DNA from: Eledone cirrhosa
Taxonomy: Eukaryota
NCBI GenBank assembly: GCA_964016885.1
Contig: OZ024740.1
Span: 260,834,001-260,898,000 of the forward strand
Direction: 5' to 3'
DNA length: 64,000 nucleotides
Within the stretch, counting starts at the first letter, position 1, and each line of letters opens with the position of its first letter. Both the position numbers and the translations under genes were made by a program. The notes beneath the pieces were generated by a model that did not search any database, was not told the DNA's origin, and was given only the letters and a program-made list of their open reading frames with translations. Shown one piece after another: positions 38,789-51,018 of this stretch.

Positions 38789-39031
38789 GTTTTTTTTTTG
38801 GTTTAAAAAAAATATTGGGCACAACACCCCAATAAGCGGTTATTTAACCCCGAAGGGCCAAATAACGGACAGAAAGACCCCTCTCACGAGGAGGAGGGTG
38901 TTTTTGTCTACAATTTGGTTAAAGTTTTAAACAATTTACAATTGTTATAGCGGTTAAAATTTACTATACCTTACAGAGCCGAGCCTCCGTCAACCATGGC
39001 ATTCAATAATAATAATAATAATAATAATAAT

Positions 39032-40967
39032 GATTTCTTTATTGGCCACAAGGGTTAAAATGAAGAAAAACATTACAGACGGCACAGAACAGTACAGGAC
39101 GATACAAAGTGGGTTTTGGTCGTGTAAACAGGTTATAACAAGATAGAAATCGGGATAGATATCAAAAAAATTCAAACAACAAAATTTCCCCCAAAAGGAG
39201 GAAACCTCCTAGGGTCACTCGTGGCGAAAACAACACAAAAGACCACGGCCACCCTGACCACCAGTGCAAGCGCCCTCTCTCAGTTTTCCACTCCTCAGTC
39301 TACAGGAGCATACTCAGAGCGGGCTCGTTCACTCGGACCAGACTCGCCACTTTCACCCACCTTTCAACAAACTTATTAGATGACAGCACTTGCCTCTCCA
39401 CTCTGATTTTCCTCTTCAAGTGAAACTTGAAAAAGTTAATTAGGGATTCGCCGAAGAGGAAAGTGTCAGTCTTTAACCCTTTCAACCTTGTCCACTACAC
39501 AATCTGTTTCGCCATGGCCACCAGGCAGATGAAAACTGCCTGCCTTTCCTCCTCTTTGAAGGAGGATGGCGGGGCTATCTGCACAATGGACTCAGTCGAT
39601 AACCGGATCCGTCCTACACGCGACAGCTGCTGTTCGACATAGCTCCACAAGTCAGCAATTTTCGGGCACTGAACGAGTGCGTGCAGGACGGTTTCGTCAC
39701 CCTGCGCGCATCTCGGACAAGCTCGGCTGACAGCACCTCAGTGCCTATACAGCTTATCTCGAACCGGCAACGCTCCCCGGTAGCACTGCCAGGCCAGGAA
39801 TTTCTGGAAGTTGTCCATAGGCCCCGGGCTGAAAGTTCTCTTGAAGAGAGCGAACAGCTGATCGTCTTCGACGCCCAGGGTCTTCGTCGCTCTTTCCCTC
39901 CACTAGCCCTCTATAGAACGCCGAGGTGGCTGTTCCACCGATACTAGTGCCCATACTAGGGCGGTCAGCGCTTAGAGACATTCCAGCTACAAAGCGCTAT
40001 CCCTCGGTCTTTTCCTGATCCAGGACTTCAGCTCCGTCAAGGAGATACGCCTTCTCGACGCTGTCGGACGGCATGGACTTGTCTTTCCAGGTGCCGAGTT
40101 GCAAGCCCACCGACTTTTCCTGGTTTATCTTTGCTCCTGTCACCGCTTCGTATTCCCTGAGATCGGTGCCGAGCATCTGGACGTGTCCGGTGCTTACACG
40201 ACCACGTTGACATTGTCGGCGTAAGCCTATACGGATCTCCCACATCCCAGTTCGCGTGGGGCGCCTCCCATCGCCTCCAATTTGTGCAGTAACGGCTCGA
40301 GAACCAATACGTACAGAGCGACGAGAGGGGACAACCCTGGCGGACCGAGCGCATGATTCTGAATGGCTGTGACAGGTGACCATTCACCCTCACAACTTAG
40401 CAAATGTCGCTGTGCATTGCAGCGATCCAGCCCCTGAAAATGGGCCCGTTACCCGCCACTTCGAGGACCGCCGCCAGGTAGCGATGGTCGACCCTATCAA
40501 ATGCCTTAGATTGATCCAAGTTGATCAGGGCCCCACCCGTGCCAGGTTCCTTAACCACCATCTCTATTATGTATCGCATGAGGTGGAGGTTGTCGTGGAT
40601 GAATCTGTCTGGAATGGCGCATGTCTGCGCCTTTCCCACTAGATCACCAACGACAAGCGCCAATCTCGTTGCTAACACCTTGGCCAAAATCTTGAATCTG
40701 TGTTTAACAGAGTTATGGGCCTGAAGTTGTCTATAAAGTCCCCCTTGTTCGGGTCTTTTCTCAACAGCGCCACCCCTCCCCGGCTCACACAACTGGGAAT
40801 GCTCCCGTTCTGCTGCCTGTTACAGTAGACATCTGCCAAGAGGTCGCCGAACAAGTCTGGCATATACGCATAAAGCTCGTAGGGCAGACCATCCAAACCT
40901 GTCGATTTACCCCTCGTGCAGTCAGACATCGCTTCCCGTATTTCACCTGCTGTTATCGGCTTTTCGC
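39032..40967 (-). mobile_element. Tx1-type LINE copy E, 5'-truncated, internal deletion (subfamily 2)
   Basis: 3' end matches copy B (CTTGTGGCCAATAAAGAAATC), with RT motifs and a deletion at about 40050. Flanked by (AAT)9 and (AAT)3. Confidence 0.92.
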
Positions 40968-40976
40968 AATAATAAT

Positions 40977-43750
40977 GGTTTCATTTATTGGCCACAAGGG
41001 CCGACATATAGGGGATGATACAATAGACAGGGACAGTGTGGGGGGGGGGGGGGGGCGGGTACATATAAAACGTGTACAAATATAAATAACAATAACAAAA
41101 TAACAAGAAAAATACAACAATGAAAAATTCCCAAATAGGGGGGGATAATCACCCAGGGTTGACTCAGGTACCCCACCAATCCTGAACCACCCGACGCTTC
41201 GAGAGCTCCCGGGAAGTGCACCCTTCTCCTCCTCAAATTCACCCACCTACAGGCGCATGATCAGAGTAGGCCCACTCACATGGGCCATTCTCGCCACATT
41301 CACCCACCTTTCAGCAAATGTACTGGGAGGGGGGGGGGGGCACTTCTCTCTCCACCCTCATCTTGCTGCTTTTCACGTGAAATTTGAAAAAGTCGATAAG
41401 GGATTGGCCGAAGAGAAAAGAGTCTGTCTTCAGTCCTTTCAACCCTGTCCACCATACAACTTCTTTCGCTACTGCCACCAGACAGAGGAAAATTCCCTGC
41501 CCTTCCTGGCCAAAAGAAGGCGGCGGGTCGATTTTCACTATGGACTCGGCCGATAGCCGGATCCGTTCTACATGCGACAACAGCTGTTCGATATAACTCC
41601 GCAAGTCAGTAATGCACGGACACTGGACGAGTGCGTGCAGAATGGTTTCGACGCTCTGCACGCATCACGAACAGGTCCGTCTGACAGCACTTCCGTGCCT
41701 GTAGAGTTTATCTCGAACCGGCAGTGCACCCCGGTAACACTGCCAAGCGAGGATTTTTGGCAGTTGTCCATCGTCCCCGGCTCGAACGTCCCCCGGAACA
41801 GACTGATTAGTTCGACGCCCAGAGCCTCTCCGAGTGCGTCGTCTCACTTTTCCACCACTAATCCTCTATAGAACTCGAGAGTGGAAGTTCCACTGATCGC
41901 ATTTCCCGCCTGGTAGAGGGCAGTGAATACTTGGCAACATTCCAAATTCAAGTCACCCAGTTTCGGTCTCTTCTTGACCCAGGACTGCAGCTCAGTCAAA
42001 GAGACGAGCTGCGGGAAGGCCCGTCTGACAAACGTCGACCACACCTGTTCATCGTTAAGGTAGACTATCTGGAGATGCCGCAGCCTCAGCGCATGTCTGC
42101 GCATCATTAACCATGGCATGCCCAGCCATTCGCGTAGAGGGTACTGGCAGCAGATGGACCACCTCACCATCGGAATCTGTCTCCTCCACAAGAATTTGAA
42201 GAGGAGCCGTTCCAACTTAGCGAGGCGCAGACGGGGGAAAGGCACGACGGTCAGGCGGTAGTAGATGACGGTGCAGTGTACGCATTCACCACCTCCACCC
42301 GACCTTTCAGTGATAGCTTCCTCACAGCCCATTTCTGGGTGAGACTGGCTACTCTGTTCGTCACCTCGTCCCAATTTTTATCCACCTGGAGGTGTAGTCC
42401 GAACCAAACCGAACCAACTTTACTGGTCCATCCATCCGGCGCCCCACGATGCTGTTGGACGGCATGGATTTGCCTCTCCAGGTGCAAGCTGCAAGCCCAC
42501 CGACTTTTCCGGGTTAAGTTTCGCTACCGTCAACCTTTCATATTCCTCCAATAAAGTGCGGACAGCTCGATTACCGAGGTGTCCGACACCATCACGGTGA
42601 TGTCATCCGCATAATACGACACAGCCTTTCCGCGTCTCAGTTCGAGCGGGATGCCCTGCAACAGTTCCAGCTTCGGCAGTAAAGACTCGAGAGTCAATAC
42701 GTACAGAAGGGAGGAGAGAGGGCACCTCTGGCGGACCGATCGGGAGATCTGAAACGGTTCTGAGAGGTGGCCCTTAACTTTGACCACCGAGTAGATGCTG
42801 CTGTGCATTGCAGCGATCCAGTTTCTAAAGACGGGGCCGAAGCCAGTTGCCTTGAGGACAACCTCCAGGTACCGATGGTCTACCCTAACGAATGCTTTCG
42901 ATTGATCTAAATTGATCAGAGCTCCACCGAAGCCAGGTTTACGCCCTATCCTCTCTATAATGTATCGCATGAAGTGGAGGTTGTCATGTAAAGACCTGGT
43001 CGGGATTGTGCAAGTTTGCGCCTCCCCAACCAAATCTTCGATGAAAAGCACCAGCCTCTTTGCTAACACCTTGGACAAAATCTTAAACTCTGTGTTTAGC
43101 AGAGTTATGGGCCTGAAGTTATCTAATGTGTCCCTCTTGTTCTCGTCTTTCCTTATCAGCGTCACTACGCCCCGGCTCACAGGACTGGGAAAACTCCCGT
43201 TCCGTTGCCAGTTGCAGTAGAGCGTTTCGAGGAGGTCGGAGAACAAGTCTGGCATATTTACTTTATTGGAGCATATTTAAGCTGTAAGGCAGACCATCCA
43301 AACCGGGTGACTTGCGCCTCATGCCGCCGACAAGGACATCCTGGATTTCGGCTGAAGTTATCGGCCTTTTGTAGTGCTCAGCGTCGACGGTCGAGAGTTG
43401 CAGCAAGCCATCGAGGTAGAGACTGAACTCTGCTACCGCTTCTGACCCGCCGCTCATTTCGAACAGCCGAGCAAAATGCTGGCGAAAGGCTTCACACATC
43501 CACTTGGAATCGCTCAGCTCGTGTCCAACTTGGCCCGTCAAGTGTCGAATTGTGGTTTTATTACCACGCTGCGCCTCCGCCACGCCGGCCCATCGAACAG
43601 CTTTGGTTCCCTCGTTTCTCCGAGCACGCGCCTCAGCTCTGACAATGCAACCTTCGTGTTTCGCATTGAAGAAATGGTCTAATGCCATTCTCGCCGCTAG
43701 CACGTCAGTTGCAATGCCACTACAAATAGCCTCATCTAACTTAGCTATCA
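40977..43750 (-). mobile_element. Tx1-type LINE copy F, 5'-truncated, more diverged (subfamily 3)
   Basis: KSPGLDGLPY, NFRPITLLN, LINLDQSKAF, YADD. 3' end CTTGTGGCCAATAAATGAAACC joins (ATT)3. Confidence 0.92.
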
Positions 43751-43754
43751 GACG

Positions 43755-44527
43755 CACAGTAGTATGTATATATATATATATACATACATGCACACATATA
43801 TATATAGGTACGTATGGATTCACCGAACATTTATTATAATGTTTGGTGTGTTTGTAAACAAACATCCCGAATTAAGCCGTACATGGTCTAGCAACCATCG
43901 TTGCTCACTTGTTCAACACTGACAAAGGAACGCTGTACTAGTTTCAAGCACACTAGCTATCGTCAGCAACATATACCTTCCTGCCAGATGGTTGAACGTC
44001 TGAAAGTATATACCTTCCTTATGCATATTAACGGCTGAACAGCCTAATTTGCATATCGAGTGAGTTAATCGGCCGGGGTACCGAAAACGATAAACGGAAA
44101 AAATGAAACGAAATTTCATTTCTCACTCTTAGTACGGCCGTTACTTAAATATAAGTATGTATACGTACATACATATATGTATACAGACGTACAGTAGTAT
44201 GTATATATATATATATACATGCACACATATATATATGTACGTATGGATTCACCGAACATTTATTATAATGTTTGGTGTGTTTGTAAACAAACATCCCGAA
44301 TTAAGCCGTACATGGTCTAGCAACCATCGTTGCTCACTTGTTCAACACTGACAAAGGAACGCTGTACTAGTTTCAAGCACACTAGCTATCGTCAGCAACA
44401 TATACCTTCCTGCCAGATGGTTGAACGTCTGAAAGTATATACCTTCCTTATGCATATTAACGGCTGAACAGCCTAATTTGCATATCGAGTGAGTTAATCG
44501 GCCGGGGTACCGAAAACGATAAACGGA
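43755..44527. repeat. Tandem duplication of an ~435-bp unit
   Basis: 43757-44100 is repeated nearly identically at 44192-44527. An inverted, diverged copy lies at 51016-51281. Confidence 0.9.
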
Positions 44528-44632
44528 AGCTTCCAAAAGTAATGGTTACATTCTTTAAGGGTATGTCAATATTTATTTAAGGGGATGTCAATATTTATTT
44601 ATAAAACTGTTCTATATTATATTTTATCTGAT
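44528..44632 (+). mobile_element. Penelope-like pLTR fragment broken inside the hammerhead core
   Basis: Matches 53599-53681 and ends TATTTTATCTGAT, with small local duplications. Confidence 0.7.
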
Positions 44633-45077
44633 ATTTTATCTATATTATATTTTATCCACCACTTGGCCCTTGGATCCTTTTAGCAGTGTCAACTCAGCAG
44701 CAAGCATTCGAGCAAGGTTTCTGGTTTGAAAATACCTACTTTCCTCCCTCTTATCAGCTTCTGAACAGGAAGATTGATGGACACTGCCATGGTCCCTTTT
44801 CCAGTTTTATGCCTCATTCTCCCAGATATAATAATTTCAACTTACAGTTTCGGAAACTGATGAGTGTAGTTTTACGATTACTTAGCCTGAAATTTCCAAT
44901 ACACAGTCCCCACTAATGCACACCATATCATGTAACCTCTGTCGCTCTGGGTATTTCCTGAACGCTTCAAAGTTGTCTAGCAAATTATTTATTGTTATCG
45001 TTCAGAGGAAATGATTATGTATTTAACTTAATTATAATAAAACTGTTATCTTTTAAGGTTCAGTAATGCGCCACTCC

Positions 45078-45240
45078 GGCGAATTGGCAGTGTCGTTAGA
45101 ACGTCATGTAAAGTGCTTTGCCGTATTCGTTCTGACTCTCTCTTCTCTAAGTTCAAATATCGCCAAGGTCAACTTTGTCTTTCTTTCATCCATTCAAGGT
45201 CGATAACAAGTTCAAAACTAGTTCTGGGGTCGATTCTTCC
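45078..45240 (+). mobile_element. Degenerate SINE family 1
   Basis: TGGCAGTGTCGT A-box-like, AGTTCAAAT B-box-like, and CTTTCATCC..GGTCGATAA. Confidence 0.7.
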
Positions 45241-45487
45241 TCTACATCTCTTTCTCACTTCCATTCTATTATTCTTTCTCTCTCTCTATCCTTCACTGGA
45301 AGAAATCTGCTGTATTCACATCTAGAGAGGAGATGGGGTCCGCCAGGTATAAAAAATACCCAAGAAACGCCGTATGTTAATCCATCCATCCATCCACACA
45401 CACACACACACACACACACATACATTAAGAAACAAGAGCTAGAGCTAAGGTCAAACGTTTCTATACAACCACAACTAACATTATTAG

Positions 45488-45598
45488 ATCCCGCCGAGGT
45501 TAACTTTGCCTTTCATCCTTACGGGGTCGATAAAATAAAGTACCAGTAATACACTGGAATAATTGCTGGCCTTGTGCCTAAAGTAGAAACAATTATTA
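45488..45598 (+). mobile_element. SINE family 1, 5'-truncated
   Basis: GCCTTTCATCCTTACGGGGTCGATAAAATAAAGTACCAG...GTAGAAACAATTATT. Confidence 0.88.
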
Positions 45599-45659
45599 GT
45601 GTAGAAGCATAGGGATGGCGGGAGGAGGCAAAAGATGAGTAGGAGGAGATAAACTCAAT

Positions 45660-46330
45660 AACAATAACATCAGCACCACTACCACCACCACCACCACCAC
45701 CAGCAGCAGCAGCACCACCACCACCACCATCACTACCATCCCCTCCACCACTACAACCACCACTACCACCACCACCACCAACACCAGCAGCAGCACCACC
45801 ACCACCCCATAACACTCACCTCACCCCCACACCATCACACCTCACCAATAACATCAGCAACACCACCACCGCCGCCATCGTCCCTCCAGCAACACCATCA
45901 CCGCCATCATCCCAACACCACCAACAACAACACCAATAACAACATTAACGACACCACCACCACCACCATCACCCCCCTCCTCCTCATACCACCATCGTCA
46001 TGCCCTCACACCTTCATCCCCTCACCATCCCCATCACCAATAACATCAGCAGCACCACCATCGCCGCCATCACCCCACCAGCACCACCAGCGCTATCACC
46101 CCTACCACTACTACCACCACCACCACCACTACTACCACCACCACTACCACTACCACCACCACCACCACCACCACCACTACCACTACCACCACCACCACCA
46201 CCACCACTACCACTACCACCACCACTACTACCACCACCACCACCACTACCACTACCACCACCACTACTACCACCACCACCACCACCACCACCACCACCAC
46301 TACCACCACCACTACCACCACCAATATCAA
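45660..46330. repeat. (CCA/CTA)n low-complexity tract
   Basis: Direct inspection. It produces the poly-Pro and poly-Val ORFs. Confidence 0.95.
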
Positions 46331-46564
46331 CATCAACAATTGCTAAATTTAGGTAAAAGTGAGTCAGATATGAATGAAAGTTTCTGTAATTCTTCTAGTA
46401 GCACCAACAAAGTAATAGTGTGAGTAGGGGGTGGGGGGGTGATACACTGAGTAGGGAGGGGGTGGAAGAAAGGATGGAAGGATGAAGTGAGAGAAGATAG
46501 CAGAGACAGGTAAAGTAGATAGGGCGAAAGGAGGAATGTTCTTTCTAGTGGCACTACTACTACT

Positions 46565-46599
<35 letters not shown>

Positions 46600-47101
46600 A
46601 ATGAAAAGTATAGAAATTATTGTAGCAAGAAGCCAACAGTATTTCATAATATATAAGTGACTATAGCGTCAAAATGGGAAAATAGTTAACGTAAGATGTG
46701 GGAAAAATAATTCAAACTCAATTAAAAAAGAATCAGGATATAGATTCATCCAACAGAATTTAGTGAAATCCAGGGAAAAATCAATGGAGCCTTAACTCAT
46801 GATAAAATAAAGTTTAAAATACTCATCCTTCAATTTGTAACAACTACAAATGCTCTGTATAGTCTTGAAAAAACTATTTCACGAAACTATAATATATATA
46901 AACTATATATATGTGTTTGTGTCTATATTGTATCTGTATTATTTTTGACCGTTGGTCAGTCAATGGCAACATTGAGGACCGAATAAATTAGATTACCGAT
47001 ATAAAAGACACAGAAGCGAAAAGCGAAAACCAACCAAACAGTGAGTGTGTTCTGTTATTAATTCTGGCAATATTACACAAATATGACCCTCCCCAAATAT
47101 A

Positions 47102-47105
<4 letters not shown>

Positions 47106-47134
<29 letters not shown>

Positions 47135-48091
47135 TGTATGTATGTATGTATGTATGTATGTATGTATGTATGTATGTATGTATGTATGTATGGGTGTATG
47201 TATGTATGTATGTATGTATGTATGTATGTATGTATGTATGTATGGGTGTATGTATGTATGTATGTATGTATGTATGTATGTATGTATGTATGTATGTATG
47301 TATGTATGTATGGGTGTATGTATGTATGTATGTATGTATGGGTGTATGTATGTATGTATGTATGTATGTATGTATGTATGTATGTATGTATGTATGGGTG
47401 TATGTATGTATGTATGTGTGTATGTATGTATGTATGTATGTATGTATGTGTGTATGTGTGTATGTATGTATGTATGTATGTATGTGTGTATGTGTGTATG
47501 TATGGGTGTATGTATGTATGTATGTATGTATGTATGTATGTATGTATGTATGTATGTATGGGTGTATGTATGTATGTATGTGTGTATGTATGTATGTATG
47601 TATGTATGTATGTGTGTATGTGTGTATGTATGTATGTATGTATGTATGTGTGTATGTGTGTATGTATGTATGTATGTATGTATGTATGTATGTATGTATG
47701 TATGTATGTATGTATGTATGTATGTATGTGTGTATGTATGTATGTATGTATGTATTATGTATGTGTGTATGTATGTATGTCTGTATGTATGTATGTATGT
47801 ATGTATGTGTGTATGTATGTATGTATGTCTGTATGTATGTGTGTATGTATGTATGTATGTATGTATGTATGTATGTATGTATGTGTGTATGTATGTATGT
47901 ATGTCTGTATGTATGTGTGTATGTATGTATGTATGTATGTATGTATGTATGTATGTCTGTATGTATGTATGTATGTATGTGTGTATGTATGTGTGTATGT
48001 ATGTATGTATGTATGTATGTATGTGTGTATGTATGTATGTATGTATGTATGTATGTATGTATGTATGTATGTATGTATGTATGTATGTATG
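47106..48091. repeat. ~1-kb (TATG)n microsatellite
   Basis: Direct inspection, with TGGG/TGTG/TCTG interruptions. Confidence 0.98.
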
Positions 48092-48195
48092 TCGCTAGCT
48101 GGACTAAAAAGTCACACTCGTTCAGCGCCTCGGTAGGGGTTCTCCTACATGGATATAAAGTAGTGGCCGTACTCGAAAACGAGTTGGCAGCCACC
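48091..48195 (+). mobile_element. Terminal fragment of a (TATG)n-associated interspersed element
   Basis: Reverse complement of 59820-59924, with TATG repeats on both sides. Confidence 0.8.
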
Positions 48196-48389
48196 ATGTA
48201 TGTATATACATATATGTATAGCGAGAGAGAGGGGAGGGAGAGATGAAGTATAGAGGTAATATGGCACAGACAGGTAAGGTAGATAAGGGGTAGTGATGAT
48301 TTGTGTAGTCATTTCTACTGGCACTAATACCCCCTCCCACTCTCTCTACACACACATATATACACACACACACCCATATACATACGTAA

Positions 48390-48461
<72 letters not shown>

Positions 48462-48465
48462 GATG

Positions 48466-48516
48466 AGATTCTACAGGACTAGAACTGTTTCATTCGTTAG
48501 AAATCATCAGGAATCT
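48466..48516 (-). ncRNA. Type I hammerhead ribozyme (mirror copy)
   Basis: Same fold on the minus strand, differing only in loop II (TAAC vs CAAC). Confidence 0.8.
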
Positions 48517-48557
48517 GGGTATCAAAAAATAAATACCATACTTATTTTTTGATACCC

Positions 48558-48608
48558 AGATTCCTGATGATTTCCAACGAATGAAACAGTTCTAGTCCTG
48601 TAGAATCT
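48558..48608 (+). ncRNA. Type I hammerhead ribozyme
   Basis: Stem I AGATTC/GAATCT, core CTGATGA, short stem II TTC-CAAC-GAA, GAAA, stem III ACAG/CTGT, cleavage triplet GUA. Confidence 0.8.
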
Positions 48609-48683
48609 CATCTATATTAAAACTTTTATACTCTGCAATATATATAAAATTGTATAGATAATTATCTAAACAATTATAATCAT

Positions 48684-48880
48684 AATTGTTTCTACTTTAG
48701 GCACAAGGCCAGCAATTTTGAAAGGGAACGAAAGTCGATTAAATCTACCCTAGTGCATTAGTGGTGCTTTATTTTATCGACCCCATTAGGCTGCAAGGCA
48801 AAGCTAACCTCGGCGGGATTTGAAATCAGACCGTAAAGCATGGTGTCCGACGCTCTACCGATACTACCAATCCACCGCTC
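48684..48880 (-). mobile_element. SINE family 1, near full length
   Basis: A/B-box-like head near 48870 and 48820, central motif, tail GTAGAAACAATT. Confidence 0.85.
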
Positions 48881-49355
48881 TAAAGCTGTATAGATAATAC
48901 GAAGCGTTGTAAGATATATAATAAATGACTGATAATGACTGAAAATGTCGGTAAAATGCGGTAGAAATATATAAAGGGCAAATGATGACAAATAAAACAA
49001 AACAAAGTAATGTTTTACCCAATATATTTCAACATAATATTTCAGGGCTAATGCTCTCTTTTCAAATGTAAATGGAAACGGTTCAAAACAAAAACGATTG
49101 ATCAATGTATTCTTCCTTAACTGATCTACGTTCCGGAAATACGCAGGCGTGAAATTGGTATAGTAGCCAATCTACTTCGTGCATTTCCGATCTATTATTT
49201 ATCTGTGCTTACTTTTGGTTGATGATAATGGCCTCTTTGATTCTTCAGTTGCCAGCATTCCCTTTCGTCGCCTCTATGGGGACCTCATACATGTGTGTAT
49301 ACACATATTTATACGCACATACACATGTATGTGCAAACATATATTTATGCACACA

Positions 49356-49489
49356 CAGGGCCATATCTAGAAATTGGGAGACCCGGAGCAATTCAGGAGT
49401 GGGGGCATGGCTGTTCCTAGAGGGAGTCCTGTTTGACATGGCGTGCCCACGGTATTCGTCCCCTCTACTTCCCGTTAAATTCGGCTCAG
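49356..49489. mobile_element. Possible degenerate hAT-type MITE
   Basis: Ends CAGGGCC and GGCTCAG, flanks TGCACACA and TACACACA (7/8 match, but low complexity). Confidence 0.3.
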
Positions 49490-49511
49490 TACACACACAC
49501 ACACATATATA

Positions 49512-50230
49512 CAGGGTGTAACAGGTAAATTGGGACAAGTTTCAAATGGGTATATTTCTAATTGTATGGATTTGGTTGGAGTCTAAATGTTAAATATTAC
49601 CAGTTTAAATAATCATTTATTCACAATTTGTTTAATCTGAAATAAAAAATAGTATGTTAATAAAGACTTAAACCGTAGAAGTGTAATTGCCGAATTATTC
49701 CGCCTCAGCAAAATTGCTGGGTAGATTGTTAGAGCCACAAAGTATGTCAAATCCACTGTTAGAGTTGTAGCCAATTTGCAGAAAAGTCAAGATGTTTAGA
49801 GAAAGTTCTACAGTCCTCGTATTGACCGAAAACGCACACATCGCTTGTTAGCAGGACTTTTCGATCGATTGAGTCGAACCCATCAAAATTGATGGCAAAG
49901 CTGGCTCAAGATCGAGTAACCAGTAAAATGACCATTTCTAGGGCTGTGAGACGAGACCTTCATATGAAATCGTAGGTGAGGAAACACCATAACATCCTAA
50001 CTACCCGCTCCAAAGCCAGTCAAGCTGAAAGAAGTCCCTAATTTCTTAGTCATCTGAAACATCGTGGCGAAGACGTCCGCATCTTCGAGGATGAAAAGAA
50101 GTTCGTGGTAGACGAAGTTGCAAACCGTCAAAACTCACGAGTGATAGCGTACGACCCTTCCCGAGTTCCTTCAGCTATGCATAGCAAGAACCCGGCTTCC
50201 ATTATGCTCTTTGGAGCTTTTGCAGAAATT
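49512..50230 (+). mobile_element. Tc1/mariner-superfamily transposon remnant (5' half)
   Basis: TA|CAGGGTG terminus and translated RRDLHMKS, IFEDEKKFVVD..NRQNSRV..KNPASIMLFGAF (first catalytic Asp motif, maT-like). Contains stops. Right TIR not found. Confidence 0.8.
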
Positions 50231-50536
50231 GATGGATTTCCTACCTATAGTTGCTCGCACATTGCTCGGTTTGTGTTATTTTTTTGCTGTTTTGTTACCC
50301 CCCCCCCCCTTTGCTTTCCTTCCCTCCTTTCTTCGTTTTTCCAATAACTTATCCAGTTATTGACGCCCTGGGGTGAAGTGGTATCTTGTCTTTAAAGCGT
50401 AGAAATATCCTAGACCCCCAGTAGACAACTGATGAGGAGCCCACCCCCTCCTGTTCTTGCTTTCTTCGTATTCCCACTGCATTTTAAGTTACCTTAAATA
50501 GCAACTACACAACCATTTCTATTCTCCATATATTTC

Positions 50537-50632
<96 letters not shown>

Positions 50633-50635
<3 letters not shown>

Positions 50636-50745
50636 GCCTGCCCGCCCAGCCAGTGGGATGACGTCATCCTATGGCTAAAACAGCACGTGCTCTGACCAGC
50701 GGCGCCGAATGGCGCCTGACAGACTGGTCGGTAAAGGTGATCAAG

Positions 50746-50750
<5 letters not shown>
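50633..50750 (+). mobile_element. 3' tail fragment of SINE family 2 within (TA)n
   Basis: GGCCTGCCCGCCCAGCCAGTGGGATG..CAGACTGGTCGGT matches the reverse complement of 62035-62103. Confidence 0.75.
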
Positions 50751-50809
<59 letters not shown>

Positions 50810-50947
50810 GAACACTGGAAGGTAATATCCGTAGTGGTAGAGCACTCAGTCCATGGGACGAGTTAGGTAGAAGTGGTTACACAACAGTTAGTTCACCATA
50901 CCGAGAACAATTGTTTCACCTTAGCGGATCCTCAGCTCGTAATGGAC

Positions 50948-51018
<71 letters not shown>

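Larger units (their letters stand above)
33067..39004 (-). mobile_element. Tx1-type LINE copy D, apparently full length, with alternative 5'UTR/ORF1
   Basis: 3'UTR and ORF2 closely match copy C. ORF1 and 5'UTR are divergent. Flanked by (AAT)8 and (AAT)9. About 100-bp deletion at about 34305. Confidence 0.94.
48457..48617. repeat. Near-perfect palindrome (76-bp arms, 9-bp spacer), probable Penelope-like inverted pLTR remnant
   Basis: 48457-48532 is the reverse complement of 48542-48617 with one visible mismatch. Confidence 0.92.

Noticed and set aside
17033-43750. Unistrand piRNA cluster suggested by Tx1 orientation bias
   Set aside because: R4 elements point the other way, and strand-specific targeting explains the bias. 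Small-RNA data would be needed to revisit this.
17390-43839. Plus-strand ORFs antisense to Tx1 ORFs
   Set aside because: These are shadow frames of GC-rich coding sequence with no recognisable motifs.
45519-48448. Poly-Pro, poly-Val, HTYI and MYVC ORFs
   Set aside because: They are translations of (CCA)n and (TATG)n microsatellites.
50385-50450. Possible hammerhead at AGACAA-CTGATGAG
   Set aside because: No downstream GAAA, stem III or cleavage triplet was found. At most it is a truncated pLTR.
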